A stretch of DNA of 27,733 bases, taken from positions 1-27,733 of the forward strand of contig JAVKIP010000029.1 of assembly GCA_031459385.1 (NCBI GenBank), in the 5' to 3' direction. Below, piece after piece: positions 9,443-19,630 of the stretch. Numbering within the stretch: the stretch's first letter is position 1; the number at the start of each line of letters is the position of its first letter. This stretch comes from Candidatus Fervidifonticultor secundus. GTDB lineage: Bacteria > Sysuimicrobiota > Sysuimicrobiia > Sysuimicrobiales > Humicultoraceae. The notes beneath the pieces were generated by a model, which was not told the DNA's origin, made no database searches, and saw only the letters and a list, made by a program, of their open reading frames with translations. The position numbers and the translations under genes are program-made.

Positions 9443-10177
9443 ATGCCCAGAGCCGATGGCCGCCAGGCGGATGCGCTGCGGCCGGTCGAGATCGTCCGGC
9501 ACTTCATCCCCCATGCCGAGGGTTCGGTGCTGATCACCCTCGGGCAGACCCGGGTGGTGTGCACCGCCACGGTCGAGGAACGCGTGCCGCCGTGGCTGCG
9601 GGGCGCGGGGCAGGGCTGGATCACCGCCGAGTATGGCATGCTCCCCCGCTCGACGCACGAGCGCACCCCGCGGGACCAGGTCCGGCAGGGCGGACGCACC
9701 CAGGAGATCCAGCGACTGATCGGGCGGGCCCTCCGCTCGGCCGTCGCGCTCGACCGGCTCGGCGAACGCACCATCACCATCGACTGCGACGTCCTCCAGG
9801 CCGACGGCGGCACCCGCACCGCGTCCATCACCGGCGCCTTCGTCGCGCTGGTCGACGCCCTGGCCGCGCTGCGCCGCAGCGGCGCCCTGGCGTGGTGGCC
9901 GCTGCGCGAGTTCATCGCCGCCACCAGCGTCGGCATCGTCGGCGACGAGATGCTGCTGGACCTGACGTTCCAGGAAGACGCGCGCGCCCGCGTGGACCTC
10001 AACCTCGTCCTCACCGAGTCGGGCCGCATCGTCGAGGTGCAGGGCACGGCCGAGGGGCTGCCGTTCACCAGGCAGGAGCTGTTGACGCTGCTCACCCTGG
10101 GCGAGAAAGGCGTGCGCCGGCTGATCGAGGCCCAGAAGGCGGCGCTGGCCGACCTCCTGGCCACCCTGCCGCGCTAG
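9443..10177 (+). CDS. rph: Ribonuclease PH
   Basis: [67 protein letters not shown]. Start ATG 9443. Confidence 0.97.
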   Translation: MPRADGRQADALRPVEIVRHFIPHAEGSVLITLGQTRVVCTATVEERVPPWLRGAGQGWITAEYGMLPRSTHERTPRDQVRQGGRTQEIQRLIGRALRSAVALDRLGERTITIDCDVLQADGGTRTASITGAFVALVDALAALRRSGALAWWPLREFIAATSVGIVGDEMLLDLTFQEDARARVDLNLVLTESGRIVEVQGTAEGLPFTRQELLTLLTLGEKGVRRLIEAQKAALADLLATLPR

Positions 10178-10178
10178 C

Positions 10179-10832
10179 GTGCCGGTGGGCCGCCCGGCGC
10201 CCCGGACGCGGCGACTGGTCCTGGCCACGCGTAACCCCGGGAAGGTGCGCGAGTTCCGGGCGCTGCTGCGCCACCTGCCGCTCGTCCTGCTGACTCTCGA
10301 CGACTTCCCCGCCCTGCCGCGGGTCGATGAGCCGGGACAGACGTTCGCGGAGAATGCCGCCGCGAAGGCCGTGACGGTGGCGCGGTTGACCGGCACGCTG
10401 ACGCTGGCCGACGACTCCGGCGTCGAGATCGACGCGTTGGGCGGGGCACCCGGCGTGCACTCGGCCACCTTCCTGGGGCCGGAGGCCACCGATGACGACC
10501 GCAACGCCTGGGTGCTCGCGCAACTGCGCGACGTGCCGCAGCAGCGTCGAACGGCCCGCTACCGTGCCGTGGTGGCGGTGGCGACGCCCGAGGGATGCGT
10601 GCGCACCTTCGAGGGGCGGTGGGAGGGCTGCATCGCCGACGCGCCGCGCGGCCGCGGCGGCTTCGGGTACGATCCCATCTTCCTGGTGCCGGAGCTCGGC
10701 AAGACCGTGGCGGAGTTGCCCCTGGCGGAGAAGAACCGCCGGAGCCACCGGGCCCGGGCGCTCACCGCGGCCCGGGCCTATCTCGAGGCGCTGCTGGCCC
10801 GGCAGGAAGACGGGGACGGCCCGGGCAATTAG
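10179..10832 (+). CDS. rdgB: dITP/XTP pyrophosphatase (RdgB/HAM1 family)
   Basis: LATRNPGK, TFAENA..KA, ADDSG, GFGYDPIF, SHR; conserved rph-rdgB synteny. Confidence 0.95.
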   Translation: MPVGRPAPRTRRLVLATRNPGKVREFRALLRHLPLVLLTLDDFPALPRVDEPGQTFAENAAAKAVTVARLTGTLTLADDSGVEIDALGGAPGVHSATFLGPEATDDDRNAWVLAQLRDVPQQRRTARYRAVVAVATPEGCVRTFEGRWEGCIADAPRGRGGFGYDPIFLVPELGKTVAELPLAEKNRRSHRARALTAARAYLEALLARQEDGDGPGN

Positions 10833-10876
10833 AACAGTCAAATCGCACGATTCCGGCGACGCGGACGAGGGACGCG

Positions 10877-11650
10877 ATGGAGTTCAAGGCCTTCCTGCGC
10901 TACTGGTCGCTCACGCTGGCGGTGTTCGTCTTCTATCTGTTCGCGTTCCTGGTGGCGGCAATCGACCTGCTGGCCGAGCTCAGCGAGGCGAGCCGGAAGA
11001 AGCGCGCCGGTGCCCGCGGCCAGGCGCTCGACCCCAACCCGCTGGCGACACGCAGCCTGGCGCAGACGCTCCTGCCGGGCCCCGGGCAGCGGCTGGACGA
11101 GAAGCGGCAATGGGTGGCCGACCTGGCGCGCGACGTGGTCAGCCGCGCCGGTGTGCAGGTCAATACCGTGGTGCTGGAGGACTCCAAGGGCCACCCGCTG
11201 GTGCACTTCACCGACGGCAAGACGGTCCAGAGCTACCGCGTGGACCGTGCGCTGGTGGACGCGGCCATGGCTGGCGACGCGTCGAAGGTCAAGGAGATCG
11301 CCGACTACCTGGCGCGACACCTGCGAGCCGACTTCCTCGGCCGGGAGGACGAGCGCCCGCCCCGGACGACCGAGCTGGCCCGCGAGGCAGGCAGCAAGGC
11401 GCCGCCGGCCGCTGCTGCGCGGCCAGCCTCAGGCGTGCCGGAAGGGGCTGGCGAGGCGTCGGCGACCGCCGGCGCGCCGTCACAGAACGTCTCCGCCCCG
11501 CCTGCCGCACCTGTCGCGCAGGCAGCGGGCGAGAAGCCGGTGGAGCAGATGAGCCGGGAAGAGCGGCTCGCGGCGGCCAGGGCCAGGGCGGAAGAACTGC
11601 GGCGGCAGCGCCTCGCACAGGGGCGGCAGTCCGACAAGCCCGCGGAGTGA
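10877..11650 (+). CDS. Hypothetical membrane-anchored protein (257 aa)
   Basis: ATG 10877 with SD GAGG and strong GC3 codon bias. N-terminal hydrophobic helix, globular middle, Ala/Pro linker, charged helical tail. Confidence 0.75.
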   Translation: MEFKAFLRYWSLTLAVFVFYLFAFLVAAIDLLAELSEASRKKRAGARGQALDPNPLATRSLAQTLLPGPGQRLDEKRQWVADLARDVVSRAGVQVNTVVLEDSKGHPLVHFTDGKTVQSYRVDRALVDAAMAGDASKVKEIADYLARHLRADFLGREDERPPRTTELAREAGSKAPPAAAARPASGVPEGAGEASATAGAPSQNVSAPPAAPVAQAAGEKPVEQMSREERLAAARARAEELRRQRLAQGRQSDKPAE

Positions 11651-11678
11651 CCGGCGGGGACCGCACGCAGGGCCGCCG

Positions 11679-13325
11679 TCAAAGCAGCCGCTCGCCGGGG
11701 CGCGCCAGCAGGGCGCGCCGGGCCAGCGGGAACGGCGGTGCCCCCAGGGCGATGAGGCGGTCGTGGAACTCCCGGAGGGAAAACGCCGGCCCGCGCTCGG
11801 CCCGGTAGTCGTCCCGCAGCCGCCGCAGCAGGAACTTCCCCAGCGTGTAGTTGAGGTAGCCCGGGTCGAACGTGCCCCGCGCTGCCTCCTTCTCGGCGGT
11901 CACGGGCTCCATGAACGCCTGGTCGCGGAACATCTGCGCGGCTGCCTCCAGGGGCATCCCGCGGGCGTGCATGCGGATCGCGGTCAGGTAGCGGACGACG
12001 CGCACCAGGGCCTCGCTCAGACAGGCCAGCCGGAATTGCGGGCTGGCGTCCACGCCGGCCTCCAGCATCATCTCCTCGCAGTAGTGCGCCCATCCCTCGA
12101 CGAACGAGTAGGCGGCGAAGACCTTCGCGGCCACGGAATCCGCGCGGTTCACGCCGTAGAAGAAGTGGACGAAGTGCCCCGGGTACGCCTCGTGGATGCT
12201 GACGGTCTTCAGGGTTGCGTGGTCGAACTTCATCAGCCACTGCTCGCGCTGCTCGGGCGGCCACGCCGGGTCGGGGAGCGTGATGTAGTAGTACGATTCC
12301 GGCGCCACGGTCTCGAATGGCCCGGCGGTGTCCATCATCGCGAAGGCCCACCGCGCAAACGGCGGCGTCTCCTCCACCCGCGGGCGCGCGTCGTCGGGAA
12401 TGGTGACGATCGCCTGGTCGAGCAGGAAACGCCGCAGGTCCTCCAGGAGGTGGCGGGTCTCGCCGAGCACCCGCTCCGCCGGCGGGTGGTCCTGGCCGAG
12501 CCGCGCCATGACCTGGCGGGGATCGGTCCCGGGCGCCACGTGCGCCGCGGTGGCGCGCAGGTCGTCGTGCAGGCGCGCCAGTTCCTCTTCGCCCAGGGCG
12601 AGGAGCCGGTCCAGCGGCACATCGACCATCTCACCGGCGCGCAGCATCTCACGGAACAACTCTTCGCCGATGGCAAACGTCTCGGTGGCGCGCGCGCGGG
12701 CGGCGTCCAGGTAGGCGAGGTGCGCCCGCACCGCCGCCGCCGCGCCCTCGGCGGCGTCCAGGGCCCGACGGCGCAGCGCGGCGTCGTCGAGGGCGGCCAG
12801 CGCGCGCAGCAGCGTATCGGTGTAGACCGCGAGATACCCCTGGTAGATGTCCAGGGCCGTCTCCAGCAGCGGGCGAGCCAGCGGCGGCCGCAGGTGGGCC
12901 CGCAGCTGGCTCAGGTAGCCCGGCACGTGCTCCAGGTGGCTGGCCAGAGCCCGCATCCGCTCGGGTGCGGGCGCGTAGGCCCGCTTCAGGTAGGTCGTGA
13001 CATCGAGGGCATCGTTTCCCCACAGTGGGTTGCGCTCGTGGTCCCGCAGGTGCTCCCAGGCGAACCGCTCATAGGCAATGACATGGTCCACGAGCGCGGC
13101 ATCGTGCCAGTCACGGGGTGGCAGCGTCTGGTGGGGCAGCCCGCTCAGGCGTCGCTCCCAGCGGGTCAGCGTCCGCAGCCAGTGGTCGATGGACGGTCGC
13201 GTGTAGTCGTCGGTGCGGCCGTCGTACAGGTGCAGGCCCAGCCGCGCGCCCAGGGTGGGGTAGAACTCGAGGTAGTCGGCGACGAAGCCGCGCACGAGAT
13301 CGCTAAATGGAGACGGGGTGGCCAT
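11679..13325 (-). CDS. DUF885 family protein (putative zinc metallopeptidase-like)
   Basis: HEAYPGHF, FVEGWAHYCE, PGYLNYTLGK, FSLREFHD..L..G.PP; SD CAGGAG. Confidence 0.9.
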   Translation of the reverse strand: MATPSPFSDLVRGFVADYLEFYPTLGARLGLHLYDGRTDDYTRPSIDHWLRTLTRWERRLSGLPHQTLPPRDWHDAALVDHVIAYERFAWEHLRDHERNPLWGNDALDVTTYLKRAYAPAPERMRALASHLEHVPGYLSQLRAHLRPPLARPLLETALDIYQGYLAVYTDTLLRALAALDDAALRRRALDAAEGAAAAVRAHLAYLDAARARATETFAIGEELFREMLRAGEMVDVPLDRLLALGEEELARLHDDLRATAAHVAPGTDPRQVMARLGQDHPPAERVLGETRHLLEDLRRFLLDQAIVTIPDDARPRVEETPPFARWAFAMMDTAGPFETVAPESYYYITLPDPAWPPEQREQWLMKFDHATLKTVSIHEAYPGHFVHFFYGVNRADSVAAKVFAAYSFVEGWAHYCEEMMLEAGVDASPQFRLACLSEALVRVVRYLTAIRMHARGMPLEAAAQMFRDQAFMEPVTAEKEAARGTFDPGYLNYTLGKFLLRRLRDDYRAERGPAFSLREFHDRLIALGAPPFPLARRALLARPGERLL

Positions 13326-13386
13326 CCGGACTCCTGCCGTCGTGGGGAATGGGATGGTGACCAGTTCTGGCCGCGGGCGCAGCCTT

Positions 13387-13414
13387 CCTGTGCCGAGGGG
13401 ACCTGTGCCGAGGG
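13387..13414. repeat. 13-bp direct repeat CCTGTGCCGAGGG x2 (15-bp period)
   Basis: 13387-13399 and 13402-13414 are identical. Confidence 0.8.
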
Positions 13415-13456
13415 TACAGGAGCAGCGTGGCGGCGTGCGGTGCGGTGGCCGCCGCG

Positions 13457-13485
13457 TTGACGCTCCGGAAAGGCACTGGTACGAT
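13457..13485 (+). promoter_or_regulatory. sigma70 promoter of tRNA-Pro
   Basis: TTGACG (13457-13462), N17, TACGAT (13480-13485) with extended TG; 8 nt before the tRNA. Confidence 0.75.
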
Positions 13486-13493
13486 CGCAGGGA

Positions 13494-13571
13494 CGGGGCG
13501 TAGCGCAGCCTGGTGAGCGCGTCTGCTTTGGGAGCAGAAGGTCGGCGGTTCGAATCCGCCCGCCCCGACCA
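13494..13571 (+). tRNA. tRNA-Pro (anticodon TGG)
   Basis: Acceptor CGGGGCG/CGCCCCG, anticodon arm TCTGC-TT TGG GA-GCAGA, T-loop GTTCGAATC, discriminator A and encoded CCA. Confidence 0.97.
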
Positions 13572-13667
13572 GCTCTACACCGTGGTGGCTGGCGGGTGCC
13601 GCGGTGCCCGCTGGGCTCCCTGCTCCCGAGGTGGCGGAGGCGGCCGGCGTTCGATCGCTCGCCGACT

Positions 13668-14093
13668 TCAGCCGTTGCTCGATGGTGCGACGTCCCGGGG
13701 CAGCCGCGCCAGGATCTGCTCGTAGACCTCTCGGGCGAGGGCCAGGGCCTCTTCGGCCTCCCCACGCGGCGGCTCGTCCGGTTCGCCAGGATAGCGGAAC
13801 TTCCACGCATAGTCGGTCAGGGTGGAGGCGCGGCGAAGGAGCGGCTCCAGGGTGGGATCCAGTCGCGCGCACTGCTCGCCCAGCTCGGTGAGGTTGTGCG
13901 TTCTCCGGAAGACCCGGCTGTGCCAGGTCAGAAGCCCTTTCATCGCCTTCTCCGCAGCCTGCTGTGCGTGGAACACGACGTCCCCGGTCAGGGGCGGTTG
14001 GACGGCGAGGCCGGCACGGCCGCTGGCGAGATCGGCATGGGCTCGAGCCAGCCACCCGCGGGTCTCCGCCACCAGCTCCGGGTCATGCGGCAT
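13668..14093 (-). CDS. HEPN domain protein (putative toxin of an MNT-HEPN pair)
   Basis: WL.RA..DL, FHAQQAAEKAMKG, RRTHNL, LTDYAWKFRYPG; overlaps the upstream MNT gene by 11 nt. Confidence 0.88.
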   Translation of the reverse strand: MPHDPELVAETRGWLARAHADLASGRAGLAVQPPLTGDVVFHAQQAAEKAMKGLLTWHSRVFRRTHNLTELGEQCARLDPTLEPLLRRASTLTDYAWKFRYPGEPDEPPRGEAEEALALAREVYEQILARLPRDVAPSSNG

Positions 14094-14415
14094 GGAGCAG
14101 CTTTCCTTCGCGCAGCACGGTGGCCGGTAGCGAGCAGACCACGCGGGCGCGGCGCTCGAAGCGGGATCGTTCCCAGACGATCACGTCAGCCGCAGCCCCT
14201 GTCCCCCAGAGCACCTGGTAGGCCAGCTTGCTGTCCTTGCGCTCCTGCGGCGCGTCGTCGGGCACGATGACCAGGAGGTCGTAGTCGCTGTCCGGCCCGG
14301 CCTCCCCGCGGGCGAACGATCCGAACAGGTAGATCCGTTCAGGCCGGTAGGCCTCGACCAGTCGCCGGACAACTTCGGCAAGTGTTGGATCCTGCGTGAG
14401 CAGATCGTCGTCCAT
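14083..14415 (-). CDS. Minimal nucleotidyltransferase (MNT; putative antitoxin)
   Basis: PERIYLFGSFARGEAGPDSDYDLLVIV, C-terminal LREGKLL. Start ATG 14415. Confidence 0.9.
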   Translation of the reverse strand: MDDDLLTQDPTLAEVVRRLVEAYRPERIYLFGSFARGEAGPDSDYDLLVIVPDDAPQERKDSKLAYQVLWGTGAAADVIVWERSRFERRARVVCSLPATVLREGKLLHAA

Positions 14416-14641
14416 ATGTCCACCGCAGGGCCGAAGACGCCTCCAACTCTTTTCCACCTTCGGGCTGCAAGTGCCTTCCATGTCCCTCGGGACGCGTTGG
14501 GCTGCATTGCGAGAAGGCGGAGCCGGCACCGGCCGCAGATAGGCCCGTGGAGATCGCGCATCACGGCATGGACCACAAGTCCGGAGGGCAGCAGCCCGTG
14601 TCCTACCGCGGTGGGGATGCCGTGCGCCCGGCCGTGCCTGG

Positions 14642-14666
14642 AGGAGGGGCGCGCCGTCGGTGGAAT
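14642..14666 (+). promoter_or_regulatory. sigma-H-like promoter upstream of DUF488-M20 genes
   Basis: AGGA (14642-14645), N17, GAAT (14663-14666); matches the core of the Bacillus sigma-H consensus. Confidence 0.55.
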
Positions 14667-14713
14667 CCGAGAGACGGCGGGCCGCGAGACGTGCGGTACT
14701 GCGCAGGGTCCAG

Positions 14714-15169
14714 ATGATCCGCGTGCGACGTGTCTACGACACCCCCGATCCCGCAGACGGGACGCGCGTCCTGGTGGACCGCCTGTGGCCCCGCGGGCTG
14801 TCGAAGGCCCGGGCGCGCATCGACCACTGGTACCGCGAACTGGCTCCCAGCGACGTCCTGCGCCGGTGGTTCGGCCACGACCCCGCGCGGTGGGACGCGT
14901 TCCGGCGCCGGTACCGTGCGGAGCTCGTCGCCGCAGGGCGCTGGGACCAGGTGCGTGCCCTCGCGGCGCAGGCGCGCCGGCAGACGATCACGTTGCTGTT
15001 CGCGGCGAAAGACGAGCGGTACAACAACGCCGTGGCGCTGGCGGAGTTCCTGCGAGCGGCCGGGTCCGGCAGGGCCGTCAAGCGGAAGGCGGCGGCCGCG
15101 CGCCCGGCGACAGGGTCAGGGCACACCGGCCTGCCGTCCATCGCCACGAGGGAGAAGGAGGATTCGTGA
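14714..15169 (+). CDS. DUF488 / YeaO family protein
   Basis: IRVRRVYD, DGTRVLVDRLWPRGLSK, LAPS..LRRWFGHDP.RW..F..RY, NNAVAL. The stop overlaps the next start (GTGA). Confidence 0.92.
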   Translation: MIRVRRVYDTPDPADGTRVLVDRLWPRGLSKARARIDHWYRELAPSDVLRRWFGHDPARWDAFRRRYRAELVAAGRWDQVRALAAQARRQTITLLFAAKDERYNNAVALAEFLRAAGSGRAVKRKAAAARPATGSGHTGLPSIATREKEDS

Positions 15170-16584
15170 GCATCGAGGCCGTGCATGGCTATATCGACGC
15201 CCACCGGAACGAGGCCCTGGAGATCCTGAAGACCCTCGTCCGCCAGCCCAGCATCAGCGCCCACGACCACGGCGTGAAGGAATGCGCCCGGCTGCTGGCC
15301 GGGATCATGCGCGACCTGGGCCTTCCCGCCGAGGTGGTCGAAACGCCGACCCAACCGGTCGTCGTCGCTAGCGTCCAGGCCGACCCGGAGGCGTTCACGC
15401 TGCTGTGCTACGGGCACTACGACGTCCAGCCGCCCGACCCGCTGGACGCCTGGCAGAGCCCGCCGTTCGAGCCCACCGTGCGCGACGGCCGCCTCTACGG
15501 TCGCGGCACGGGCGACAACAAAGGGCAGCTCATCGCCCACGTGCTGGCCGCCCGGGCCTGGATGGCTGCGACGGGTGGGCTGCCGCTCAACGTGAAGTTC
15601 GTCTTCGAAGGGGAGGAGGAGTCGGGCTCGCCCGGGCTGGCGGCGTTCGTGCGCGGCCACCGAGAGCGTCTCGCCGCCGACCTCGTCTACATCTCCGACG
15701 GCGGGCTCCACCCGTCCGGGGCGCCGGTGATCTCCCTCGGCAACCGGGGCATCCTCGGTCTGACGCTCGTCGCGCAGGGCGCCGACCGCGACAACCACTC
15801 CGGGAACAAGGGCGGGGTCGCCCCCAACCCCATCTGGATGCTGGTGCACGTGCTGGCCAGCATGGTGGACCCCGCCGGCAGGGTGACGATCGCCGGCTTC
15901 TACGACGACGTGCGGCCCGTCGGGCCCGTCGAAGAGCAGCTGCTGGCCGCCATGGATTACGATGCCAAGGCCTTCGCCGCCACCATGGGTCTGCCCGACC
16001 TGCCCATGGACGGCCCGACCTACTGGCGCCGCATCATGCTCGAGCCCTACTTCAACCTCAGCGGGTTCGCCAGCGGCTACGTCGGCCCGGGCGCGAAGAC
16101 CATCATCCCCTCACGGGCCGAGTGCCGGGTCGACATTCGCCTGGTGGTCAATCAGCGTACCGCCGACATCTTCGAGAAGGTGCGGGCGCACGTCGCCCGG
16201 GTGGATCCCCGGGTGCAGGTGCTGGCCCGCGGCTTCGGCAGCATGGAGCCCACGCGCACGCCGCCCGACCATCCGGCCGTGAGCGTGGTCGCCCGCGCCG
16301 TAGCCGCTTGGCGCAGGGTCGCGCCACAGATCGTGCTGTCCAGCGGCGGGAGCCTGCCCAGCGCCGTCTGGCCCGACGTGCTGGGCGCGCCGCACCTGAC
16401 GGTGCCCTACGCCAACGCCGACGAGAACAACCACGGGCCCAACGAGAACCTGAGCCTGGAGCGGTTCTTCGACGGCATCCACGTCAGCGCCCAGGTGTTT
16501 GCCGCGCTGGCCGACGCCGGGCGGCGTGGCGAGGTCCCGCGAGGCGCAGCGGGCCGTGATCCAGGCCGCGGGCGCCCGACGTAG
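15166..16584 (+). CDS. M20/M25/M40 family metallopeptidase (ArgE/DapE-like, Dug1-like dipeptidase)
   Basis: YGHYDVQPPDP, LYGRGTGDNKG, FEGEEESGS, HSG, NHGPNEN. GTG 15166 with SD AAGGAGG. Confidence 0.92.
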   Translation: MSIEAVHGYIDAHRNEALEILKTLVRQPSISAHDHGVKECARLLAGIMRDLGLPAEVVETPTQPVVVASVQADPEAFTLLCYGHYDVQPPDPLDAWQSPPFEPTVRDGRLYGRGTGDNKGQLIAHVLAARAWMAATGGLPLNVKFVFEGEEESGSPGLAAFVRGHRERLAADLVYISDGGLHPSGAPVISLGNRGILGLTLVAQGADRDNHSGNKGGVAPNPIWMLVHVLASMVDPAGRVTIAGFYDDVRPVGPVEEQLLAAMDYDAKAFAATMGLPDLPMDGPTYWRRIMLEPYFNLSGFASGYVGPGAKTIIPSRAECRVDIRLVVNQRTADIFEKVRAHVARVDPRVQVLARGFGSMEPTRTPPDHPAVSVVARAVAAWRRVAPQIVLSSGGSLPSAVWPDVLGAPHLTVPYANADENNHGPNENLSLERFFDGIHVSAQVFAALADAGRRGEVPRGAAGRDPGRGRPT

Positions 16585-16645
16585 GCGGGCGCGCGAGCAC
16601 GCCGGCGTCGTGCGGGGGACGCGGCGCGGGGCTGGCCCGCGGGGG

Positions 16646-17485
16646 TCAGAAGCGGGCTTCGCCGACGCTCGCGCCGTCGTTGAAGACCAGTGAACGCGGA
16701 CTGGCGCCGGCGGGGAGCACGAAAGCCAGCGCGCACGAGGCGGCGTCGCCGGGGCGGACGGTGACCGTCGAGCGACACGCCGAGGCCTGCCGGAAGGTGG
16801 CGCGATCGTAGCGGTAGGCCGTGCCAGCCTGGTCGAGCAGCACGAAGTAGTTCGGGTTGAGCACCTTCACCGCCGGCCCCCCGTTGCGCAGCGTGACCGT
16901 CACGATCGTCGTTCGGCCGGTGCTGCCGGGCGCAGGGGAGGCCGGTCGCGGCAGCCGCGCGGAGAGCGCGATGTCGTGCGCGGGCCGTTCCTCGGCCAGG
17001 AGGAGACGGACCACCGCTTTAGGATCGTAGACGCCGAGCCGGACGATCGTGCGGCCATCGGTCACCACCAGCAGCCCGAGGGCGTCGTACCACAGCGTCC
17101 GGCCTTCGCCGCCAGGCGTCCCGTACGCAGCGGTGGCGCTTGCCACCGGCTGCCCGACTCCGACGGCGCGGTCCGTTCGGTACTGCGGGCTCGTGGTCAG
17201 GAGCATGATGACCTGCTCGTCCCTGGCGACAACGGTGACGCGCTGGCGCTCGTACTGGTAATAGGTGACCGAGCCCGAGGCGTGCACGCGGTCGGCCCGG
17301 CCCCACGCGGGCATCTGCTGGAGCGCCCGCACCGCCACGCCCAGGTGGAGCGGGCCCAGCGCCTGGCCCGGTACCACCAGCAGCGACTCGGCGGCGCTCA
17401 CCGCGGCGGCCAGCACCAGCAGCGCGCCGCCGGTGAACCCGATGCGCGCCCCTGCGCGCGCCGTCGTGCGCGCGACCTCATCCAT
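16646..17485 (-). CDS. Exported/membrane protein with C-terminal DUF4352-like Ig-fold domain
   Basis: N-terminal hydrophobic segment. C-terminal VTVTLRNGG...NPNYFVLLDQAG..Y...VRPG.....LAFVLP...P..LVF pattern. Start uncertain. Confidence 0.65.
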   Translation of the reverse strand: MDEVARTTARAGARIGFTGGALLVLAAAVSAAESLLVVPGQALGPLHLGVAVRALQQMPAWGRADRVHASGSVTYYQYERQRVTVVARDEQVIMLLTTSPQYRTDRAVGVGQPVASATAAYGTPGGEGRTLWYDALGLLVVTDGRTIVRLGVYDPKAVVRLLLAEERPAHDIALSARLPRPASPAPGSTGRTTIVTVTLRNGGPAVKVLNPNYFVLLDQAGTAYRYDRATFRQASACRSTVTVRPGDAASCALAFVLPAGASPRSLVFNDGASVGEARF

Positions 17486-17530
17486 GGCGATCAACGCGGG
17501 TTCGACGCGATGGGGCGTCTCCCCTTTGCC

Positions 17531-17559
17531 TTGACCCACTCCAGGACCGGTGCTAACGT
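17531..17559 (+). promoter_or_regulatory. sigma70 promoter of the moxR operon
   Basis: TTGACC (17531-17536), N17, TAACGT (17554-17559) with extended TG. Confidence 0.6.
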
Positions 17560-17640
17560 GATACCAAACACGATGGGCGCACGACGGCTCAGCGGGCACA
17601 GGTCCGGTCGGGCCGCCGTTCTCCATGCAAGAGGTGACTC

Positions 17641-18690
<1,050 letters not shown>

Positions 18691-18694
18691 CACC

Positions 18695-19630
18695 GTGTCG
18701 GCCGGCACGCCGCCCGCAGCCCCGGTTGCCAGCGAGCCGCGCGAGACGCCGGAACGGCTCCTGCGGCGGCTGGAGTTCACGGTCATCCGGCGGCTCGACG
18801 GGTTCCTGTTCGGCGACTACCGCGGCGTCTTCTACGGCCCTAGCCTCGACCTGGCCGAGGTGCGGGAGTACCAGCCCGGAGACGAGATCCGCCGCATCGA
18901 CTGGAACGTCACCGCCCGCATGAGCCGCCTGTTCGTCCGGCAGTACCTCGAGGAGCGCGAGATCACCGCCTGGCTGCTGGTCGACCTGTCCCCGTCCATG
19001 GCGTTCGGCACGCGCCGGTGCCTGAAGCGAGAGCTAGCCATCGAGTTCGCCGGGGTGGCCTCGTACATCATCACGCGCCACGGCGACAAAGTGGGCGCGG
19101 TCGCGTTCCCGGGTCGCCACCTGCCGGTCATCCCCCCGCGTACAGGCCGCAGGCACGCGCTGCGCATCCTGCACCTGCTGGGCAGGGCGGGTGAGGGCAC
19201 CGGGGGGTTGACGGACCTGGCCGGCGCGCTGCGGCTGGCCGCCGGGATGCTCCGGCGCCGGCACCTGGTTTTCGTCGTCTCCGACTTCCTCGCGCCCGAG
19301 GGCTGGGCGCGGGCGCTGCGCGACCTGGGGCGGCGACACGACGTAGTGGCGGTGTGGGTGCGCGATCCGGCCGAAGAAGCGCTGCCAGACGTGGGTGTGC
19401 TGCCGGTCCGCGACCCTGAGACGGGCGCGCACTGCTGGATCGACACGTCCGACCGGAAGGTGCGGGCGGCGTTCGACCGGCTCGTGGCCGAGCGCCGCGC
19501 GCGGATTGCCGCGGCCTTCCGGCAGGCGCGGGCCGACCCGCTGGAGCTGTCGACGGCGGAGTCGCTGGTGGAGCCGCTAGTGCGGTTCGTCAGGCGCCGG
19601 AGGCGTCAATGGACTTCACCTGGCCGGTGA
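18695..19630 (+). CDS. DUF58 domain protein
   Basis: EVREYQPGDEIRRIDWNVTAR, LLVDLSPSM.FGT, VFVVSDF; follows moxR. Start GTG 18695 inferred. Confidence 0.92.
   Translation: MSAGTPPAAPVASEPRETPERLLRRLEFTVIRRLDGFLFGDYRGVFYGPSLDLAEVREYQPGDEIRRIDWNVTARMSRLFVRQYLEEREITAWLLVDLSPSMAFGTRRCLKRELAIEFAGVASYIITRHGDKVGAVAFPGRHLPVIPPRTGRRHALRILHLLGRAGEGTGGLTDLAGALRLAAGMLRRRHLVFVVSDFLAPEGWARALRDLGRRHDVVAVWVRDPAEEALPDVGVLPVRDPETGAHCWIDTSDRKVRAAFDRLVAERRARIAAAFRQARADPLELSTAESLVEPLVRFVRRRRRQWTSPGR

Noticed and set aside
2831..10164. Long alternative-frame or antisense ORFs (e.g. 2831..5380+, 3078..5327-, 7879..10164-)
   Set aside because: These are shadow ORFs typical of high-GC DNA, Arg/Pro/Gly-rich and overlapping well-supported genes.
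13635..13670. Degenerate copy of the tRNA-Pro 3' end (att site)
   Set aside because: Only a GTTCGA-like word is shared, with no extended identity and no integrase in the window.
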